DNA of 47,561 nt from a phage, in the sequence record PZ324410.1. One strand, written 5' to 3'. Of this stretch, positions 42,654 through 47,561 are shown piece by piece. The translations under genes were made by a program, and so were the position numbers. The notes beneath the pieces were generated by a model, which ran no database searches, was not told where the DNA came from, and saw only the letters and a program-made list of their open reading frames with translations. Position 1 is the stretch's first letter. Each line of letters begins with the position of its first letter.

Positions 42654-42877
42654 TTAATCCGCTTAACCCACAAACCACCCTCCTTAGCTCGTGTTTTAAA
42701 CATCCATCCGTTCCGCACTGCAACCTTATGAAGGTTCACTCTGAATCCCCTTAATCCTTCATTAGCGGTAAACTCATCAAAGTTAAACTCCTTACGATCA
42801 CCAACCAACATATCACGCACGAAATCCCAGACCTCACCAATCGCACTGCCAAATCGGTATTCTTTACTCATCGTCAT
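42650..42877 (-). CDS. hypothetical protein
   Basis: 75-aa ORF, first gene after repeat-rich region. Confidence 0.5.
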   Translation of the reverse strand: MTMSKEYRFGSAIGEVWDFVRDMLVGDRKEFNFDEFTANEGLRGFRVNLHKVAVRNGWMFKTRAKEGGLWVKRIK

Positions 42878-43039
42878 TTATCCCCTTTTTGTTTGGTAAA
42901 AAAAGAATAAAGGTAAAAAGTAAGTTAGTCAAACACATTCACACGGGAATGATTTTTGCTCCGTGTGGGTGGTTGACAGCACACCACAACAGGAGTATAA
43001 CGCTTTCCAGAGGGGCGATTTTTCTTTTATTTTCAATAA

Positions 43040-43275
43040 CTTCGCTTCCAATGGTTAAGATTAGCTCGGGAAGCGGAAATACAGAAAAATCAATGGTTTA
43101 AGTTGTCGCTTCCCAACTTCCCGCTCCCAAGTAAGATTTTCGAAAAAAATTGAGAGTTTTAAAATTCAAAAATTATTTTTCTGGGAAGCGGGAGGCGACA
43201 CAAAAAACACTCAGAAGCGACTGAAAACAAAGAAAAAAATGCTTCCAGGAAATTCAAGGAAGCGCGGGAAGCCAA
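43040..43275. repeat. cluster of GGAAGCG / CGCTTCC iteron-like repeats
   Basis: copies at 43043, 43069, 43109, 43185, 43258 plus variants gcgggaa/gaagcga, both orientations, interleaved with A-tracts. Confidence 0.7.
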
Positions 43276-43304
43276 AAAAAAACTAAAAACCACTAAAAAA
43301 TAAC

Positions 43305-43440
43305 CAGCTAAATTGCTGGTTTTCGTGTTTCTGTAGCTTAAGGTATTAATATCTATAATAAATATAAAGAAGATCTCAATATACTTTATATAGTTAATAA
43401 ACAAAGTTTACTATTAGTAATGTATGTAACTATATATGTT
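43305..43440. other. hairpin plus about 110-bp strongly AT-rich tract (possible DNA unwinding element)
   Basis: ccagc taaatt gctgg hairpin then region dominated by ta/at repeats (tatataaat, tatatag). Confidence 0.4.
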
Positions 43441-43487
43441 AGCTAGCGTACACTAACATTTGGTCGTGTTTTTTCTTTCTCTGTATA

Positions 43488-43516
43488 TTGACGTAGAATC
43501 ACAACTGATATAGATT
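43488..43516 (+). promoter_or_regulatory. sigma70-like promoter TTGACG-N17-TAGATT
   Basis: hexamers with 17-nt spacer about 30 nt upstream of first plus-strand gene. Confidence 0.5.
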
Positions 43517-43546
43517 GAAATCATCGAAACAAGCGAGGGTGAAGAG

Positions 43547-43693
43547 ATGAAAATCAAAGACCGTGAAGAATTTGAAGATGCGCAGGCTATGGCACGCATT
43601 GCAGTTGAGCGCACAAACAACAGCATTCCTGCCGAAGTATTCTGGAACGCTGAAATGCAGGCCTTAATCTCTGCGTATGGGTTAAGCAAATGA
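43547..43693 (+). CDS. hypothetical small protein
   Basis: 48-aa hand-called ORF; GAGGGTGAAGAG RBS. Confidence 0.4.
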   Translation: MKIKDREEFEDAQAMARIAVERTNNSIPAEVFWNAEMQALISAYGLSK

Positions 43694-43785
43694 CAGGCGC
43701 AACACTCGAACTTATCGCCAGCCTGGTTATCGTGGCGTTCATCATCATCGCAGTGGCAGTTTCTAAATCAGGGTATAGGGAGTAA
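43690..43785 (+). CDS. small membrane peptide
   Basis: 31-aa hydrophobic ORF; ATGA overlap. Confidence 0.25.
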   Translation: MTGATLELIASLVIVAFIIIAVAVSKSGYRE

Positions 43786-43873
43786 CAAAATGAGCAACTG
43801 GCATAACGAACACATCATGCAGTGGTATCGCCGTCGCATTAAGGCAATCATTAACTCTTATGAGGTTTAACAA

Positions 43874-44074
43874 ATGGCAAAGACTATCTATCTTCGCGAA
43901 AAACTGGAACAGGAGCTTGGACACGTTGGCGCGCAGAACTTTATGAGCAGGCAGGTGGAGCGAGCAGTGAAGTCTGCACGATGCTCGAAGGTGTGCCGTG
44001 TATGGCACAAAGATGGTGATAAACGCGTGCTGGACGAGGTAATTATATCTGGACAGGCAAACCATCAGCTTTGA
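43874..44074 (+). CDS. hypothetical protein
   Basis: 66-aa ORF from ORF track. Confidence 0.45.
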   Translation: MAKTIYLREKLEQELGHVGAQNFMSRQVERAVKSARCSKVCRVWHKDGDKRVLDEVIISGQANHQL

Positions 44075-44122
44075 TGTGTTTTATTGAACTGCAAACGATT
44101 CAGCTATGTACATGGTGATGAT

Positions 44123-44326
44123 ATGAGTGAGTTGGTTATCAAGAGTTGCCCGTTTTGTGGTGGCGAGCCAAAGGTTAAACCATGGCGTTCATATGACCAT
44201 GAGAAACCATACTTCCTGATTCGATGCTCATGCGGGGCTAGAATGACAAACTTCAGGGAGTCTGCAGAGCAGGCAATTGCCGACTGGAATCGCAGGGTTA
44301 ATGTTGATTTATATGGCAAAAGTTAA
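44123..44326 (+). CDS. Lar-family restriction alleviation protein
   Basis: KSCPFCGG...CSCGAR...AEQAIADWNRR, the canonical Lar family pattern; ORF trimmed to ATG 44123. Confidence 0.7.
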   Translation: MSELVIKSCPFCGGEPKVKPWRSYDHEKPYFLIRCSCGARMTNFRESAEQAIADWNRRVNVDLYGKS

Positions 44327-44546
44327 AACATACGAGTTCTGGTTTGTGCGGAACGCAATGTATGCGTGCAAGACAATCAAGCGAGCGCGCTGGTGGAATA
44401 AGTGGTTAATCCTGTCTGGCTGCATTGTGCTGGCAAAGTGCAAATTCAAAGCGATTGACATCACAGATGAGGATGCGCTCAAAATCGCAAAGATTGAGTT
44501 TGAAGAAGATGGTTATTACGAAGAAATTATGGGGGTTAGGGTATGA
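44301..44546 (+). CDS. hypothetical protein
   Basis: ORF 44277..44546 trimmed to first ATG; start uncertain. Confidence 0.4.
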   Translation: MLIYMAKVKTYEFWFVRNAMYACKTIKRARWWNKWLILSGCIVLAKCKFKAIDITDEDALKIAKIEFEEDGYYEEIMGVRV

Positions 44547-45025
44547 GTGAAGTTAAGCGTTATGACCTTGTTGGCGATATGGATGGAAATTGCAACCTTA
44601 ACGAAGCCAGAATGGAACTGTCGGATGATGGTGTTTACGTAAAGCACAATGACTACGCGGCACTCGAAGCCAAATGCACGGCGCTGGCGGCGGAGAATTC
44701 TGGGCTGAAGTCTGGTGCAATCAAGGCCATAGAGGATATTCAATGCTTCTACGATTCGGAAGCCTGGCACGTATCCGAAGATGGGGAAAGCGAGACGGCC
44801 GTTGTTGCACTGGATGATGCAAAAGGTAGTGTTGAGCACTTCGTGCTGAATGTCAAAACCCCGGCTACCTACGCTTCCCTGGCTGAAATTGAACGCAAGG
44901 CAATCCGCAAGTTCATTAACAGCATTGAGCACATCCTGCGTGACAAGTTGTCACCGTATGACACCGAAGAGGTGCTTGAGGCCATGCGTATTTTTCTGGA
45001 AGAACAGGGAGGTGAGCAAAAATGA
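44543..45025 (+). CDS. hypothetical acidic protein
   Basis: 160 aa, about 20 percent Asp/Glu; GGGGGTTAGGG RBS. Confidence 0.5.
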   Translation: MSEVKRYDLVGDMDGNCNLNEARMELSDDGVYVKHNDYAALEAKCTALAAENSGLKSGAIKAIEDIQCFYDSEAWHVSEDGESETAVVALDDAKGSVEHFVLNVKTPATYASLAEIERKAIRKFINSIEHILRDKLSPYDTEEVLEAMRIFLEEQGGEQK

Positions 45026-45318
45026 CAATCACAAAACAACAGGTAGAAGAACAACGCGGAACAGTAAAGGCAAAAACATATTCAGTTCCAAGAATTGCAA
45101 TTCCTCATCCTCCTGATGGTGATGGATATTATGTCAATGTTGTTGAGCTTACTGACTACATGGCATGCCTCAACAGAATTACAGAAATGAGCATTGAGAA
45201 TTATCATATGAAAAATCGAATTGCAGAACTGGAGTCCGCATTGAATCGCCATTATGAGCTCCCTGACGTTTATGATATGGCGATAAAGCAATTCGAAAGC
45301 CTGGCTAAAAGTGAATAG
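45022..45318 (+). CDS. hypothetical protein
   Basis: 98-aa ORF; GGGAGGTGAGC RBS. Confidence 0.5.
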   Translation: MTITKQQVEEQRGTVKAKTYSVPRIAIPHPPDGDGYYVNVVELTDYMACLNRITEMSIENYHMKNRIAELESALNRHYELPDVYDMAIKQFESLAKSE

Positions 45319-45381
45319 CTACCAGTTCATGTTAATTATCAGTGCGCTCTGTGTGGCGCACGCTTTGTGGGAGGAATACAT

Positions 45382-45489
45382 ATGACCAGACACCAACGAC
45401 GCCGCTACACCACTGGCGCTAAAATCTTTCTTGCCGTGTATGTGCTGGCACTGGTGGCAGCTATTGCTGGAGTGGTGCATTATGTTTAA
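45382..45489 (+). CDS. small membrane peptide
   Basis: 35-aa hand-called ORF; GGGAGGAATACAT RBS. Confidence 0.3.
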   Translation: MTRHQRRRYTTGAKIFLAVYVLALVAAIAGVVHYV

Positions 45490-45802
45490 TCAATTATCTG
45501 AGTTTTATAAGGCATATTCCGACTGGATTGATGCTGGAGCACCAGAAAGTGAACCATTCAGTAGAATGGTTGGTCTTTGTGGGTGTGTGTGTTTATATCT
45601 CAGGAGCAAAGACTGCAACTCCCATGTAAGGGAATCGGTGCTCTTGTTAATGCGAAAACAATTCATTAAGGCCGGTCTTGATCTCGATTACCCATTTAAC
45701 AACCAAGATAACTCATACTATGTGGAATCCATCGATGGATTGATTCACACCAACAAGTCTCGCATAGCATGGGTTAAAAAGGAGTGGCAACATTATGTTT
45801 AA
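45482..45802 (+). CDS. hypothetical protein
   Basis: ORF 45431..45802 trimmed to ATG 45482. Confidence 0.45.
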   Translation: MFNQLSEFYKAYSDWIDAGAPESEPFSRMVGLCGCVCLYLRSKDCNSHVRESVLLLMRKQFIKAGLDLDYPFNNQDNSYYVESIDGLIHTNKSRIAWVKKEWQHYV

Positions 45803-45974
45803 CGACATTAGCGACGCAATGCAAAACATGTGGGAACGCTACTGGGACAGCATGAAGACATGCCACTACATGATGGTGCAGATAGGTAATTACATTGAGG
45901 TTGTTCCTGACAATGGTGTTCACGATATTAAGTGCATGTGCTCTACGAGGGCTTTTGCAAATGCAAACAACTAA
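45795..45974 (+). CDS. hypothetical small Cys-containing protein
   Basis: 59-aa hand-called ORF overlapping neighbours. Confidence 0.3.
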   Translation: MFNDISDAMQNMWERYWDSMKTCHYMMVQIGNYIEVVPDNGVHDIKCMCSTRAFANANN

Positions 45975-46162
45975 ACAGAAAGTTTGGGAGGCAGCAAAAA
46001 ACGAGGGGGTGGATAGGTTTATATCAATGATTGCGAAGCACTTCCCCGGCGCAATAGATGTTGTCCATATTAAATCACCACACCGCGACGTATGGTGCAA
46101 AGCAAAATAAACTATTTACATGATACCGTATAAAGGGTATCATAATTCAACGAGGTGCAAAA

Positions 46163-46297
46163 ATGATTTGTCAAACATGTGGTAAGGAACTTCTTCCTGG
46201 ATGCCGTAAGGATAAGAAGTATTGCTCTCCTTATTGCAAGTTAAAAGCCACGAGGAGGAGAAATGCTGACAGAAAACAGAGAGTTCAAGTGGGATGA
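46163..46297 (+). CDS. small zinc-ribbon-like protein
   Basis: 44-aa hand-called ORF with CQTCG and CSPYC; overlaps HNH start by 35 nt. Confidence 0.25.
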   Translation: MICQTCGKELLPGCRKDKKYCSPYCKLKATRRRNADRKQRVQVG

Positions 46298-46766
46298 TGT
46301 ATTTGATTATAGCGATGGGGTGCTGTCGTGGAAAATTAAGCCTTGCAAGAACATGAAAAAATCATCTCCAGCTGGAACAATGAGAAACGATGGTTACTTG
46401 CAAGTAAGATTCATGAACAAGATACATTTGATTCATAGGATTGTATGGGAAATGTTTAACGGCGAGATACCTGATGGTATGCAGATAGACCACATCAACC
46501 ACGACAGGAGTGACAACAGAATTCAAAACTTAAGGATGGTTACTAAAATATCAAACGGTAGAAATTTGACCAAGAAAACAAATAACACTAGTGGTGTTAC
46601 TGGCGTCTCATGGTACAAAAGCCGGGGGAAGTGGAGGGTGCAAATAATGGTTGACAGAAAAAGTATACACATTGGGTATTTTAGTGATTTTGAATCAGCT
46701 GTTGCCGCAAGGATTTCTGCTAATGAAAGGTATGGGTTCCACAAAAATCACGGAGTGAATTGTTGA
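46263..46766 (+). CDS. HNH homing endonuclease (HNH + AP2-like)
   Basis: LIHRIVWEMFNGEIPDGMQIDHINHDRSDNRIQNLR and GVTGVSWYK motifs; AGGAGGAG RBS. Confidence 0.7.
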   Translation: MLTENREFKWDDVFDYSDGVLSWKIKPCKNMKKSSPAGTMRNDGYLQVRFMNKIHLIHRIVWEMFNGEIPDGMQIDHINHDRSDNRIQNLRMVTKISNGRNLTKKTNNTSGVTGVSWYKSRGKWRVQIMVDRKSIHIGYFSDFESAVAARISANERYGFHKNHGVNC

Positions 46767-46908
46767 ATTAATCCCCTGATGCGCTTGAAATCGTTCATGT
46801 GCAGACGAGAACAGAAAACGCATGGTGCTATGCTGGCAAGCGTGATAACGATGGTGTACAATAAACGTATAACCACCTTGCTTTCACTCACATCATCACC
46901 CAACACTT

Positions 46909-46936
46909 AACCCGCCTTGTGCGGGTTCTTTTTTTG
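46909..46936 (+). terminator. rho-independent terminator
   Basis: aacccgc cttgt gcgggtt hairpin then TTTTTTT. Confidence 0.65.
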
Positions 46937-46939
46937 CCA

Positions 46940-46969
46940 TTAACGCCATGGTGTAGAATCTGTTACAAT
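46940..46969 (+). promoter_or_regulatory. sigma70-like promoter TTAACG-N18-TACAAT upstream of terS
   Basis: hexamers read directly; contains gtagaatc variant of the recurring motif. Confidence 0.35.
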
Positions 46970-47006
46970 ATCGAATAACGAAAAAAAAGCGGAATATTGA
47001 TAGGTT

Positions 47007-47432
47007 TTGTCTATGGCTAAAAAGCTATTCAGTAAAGAAAATCAACCACAAAACAAACGCGGGAAAGACAAGCGCAAGTTGCTCGTTGAAGCCCTTGAGA
47101 GAAAGGGGTTTAGTGAGGAAAAACTCTATGACACCATCGTTGAGATGGCGATGATTGAACGTGACACGGCGATGATGAAGGAACTTATCGTTCGATTCAG
47201 CCCGCTACCTAAACCAGTTGCCCCGGTGTTTGAGGTGGACTTCCCTGATGACGGAACTCCGGTACAGAAGATTGATGCCGTTATTCGTGGCATAGCTGCT
47301 GGTGTTATACCTGTGGACATTGGAAAGACATTTGCCGAGGTTATCAGGACAGGACTGGATATTGCCGAAGTTACCGAACTCGCCGCACGCCTTGAGCGAC
47401 TGGAGAAATTACTGGAGCAGCAGAATGCGTGA
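47007..47432 (+). CDS. terS: terminase small subunit (putative)
   Basis: 141 aa, basic N-terminus, coiled-coil C-terminus, directly upstream of terL across the circular junction. Confidence 0.5.
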   Translation: MSMAKKLFSKENQPQNKRGKDKRKLLVEALERKGFSEEKLYDTIVEMAMIERDTAMMKELIVRFSPLPKPVAPVFEVDFPDDGTPVQKIDAVIRGIAAGVIPVDIGKTFAEVIRTGLDIAEVTELAARLERLEKLLEQQNA

Positions 47433-47561
47433 TTTCATTTACTTTGTCTGCGGGTGCTTATGGATGCCAGCCTATGCAAATGCCGACACATTAATTAAAC
47501 AGGCTGCCTGCTGGCTTGTGGTTTTGGTTCTTGCTATTTATTCAGTATTCAGGGGTCGTTA
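47425..47561 (+). CDS. small hydrophobic protein, 3' end runs off the window
   Basis: ORF MRDFIYFVCGCLWMP... continues to last base; final ta plus window base 1 (a) would form TAA overlapping terL ATG. Confidence 0.35.
   Translation, partial: MRDFIYFVCGCLWMPAYANADTLIKQAACWLVVLVLAIYSVFRGR

Overview
The 47.5-kb window reads as a near-complete, circularly permuted genome of a tailed dsDNA phage of enterobacteria, with a lambda-type siphovirus tail module and an overall layout reminiscent of T1-like phages, opened at the start of the terminase large subunit gene. No integrase, CI-type repressor or CRISPR array was seen, so it looks virulent. All protein-family calls are from reading the translations against remembered family motifs; no database search was run. 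Plus strand: terL, small membrane ORFs, portal, Mu-F-like head protein and an HNH endonuclease; a lysis cassette (GH24 endolysin, holin-like protein, embedded Rz/Rz1 spanins); small early-type genes including a Lar-family anti-restriction protein; head genes (scaffold-like, decoration, major capsid); neck genes; then major tail protein, chaperone, tape measure, M/L/K-like tip genes, a J-like tip gene and a tail fibre. Minus strand: several blocks of small unknown genes, a tRNA(CAU) with an Rha/KilAC antirepressor inserted in the structural module, and a replication/recombination block (VRR-NUC, SF2 helicase, SSB-tailed protein, Gp157, AAA_24 ATPase, primase-helicase) with a divergent Cro/YdaS-like HTH gene. 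A GGAAGCG-repeat, AT-rich origin-like region precedes a second early cluster (second Lar, fourth HNH) and terS. Most notable: a perfect 127-bp tandem duplication that splits the J-like tail-tip gene (probably an assembler k-mer overlap left after rotating a circular contig), a half-length beta sliding clamp homolog inside an antisense island between capsid and neck genes, and a recurring GTAGAT-containing promoter motif.
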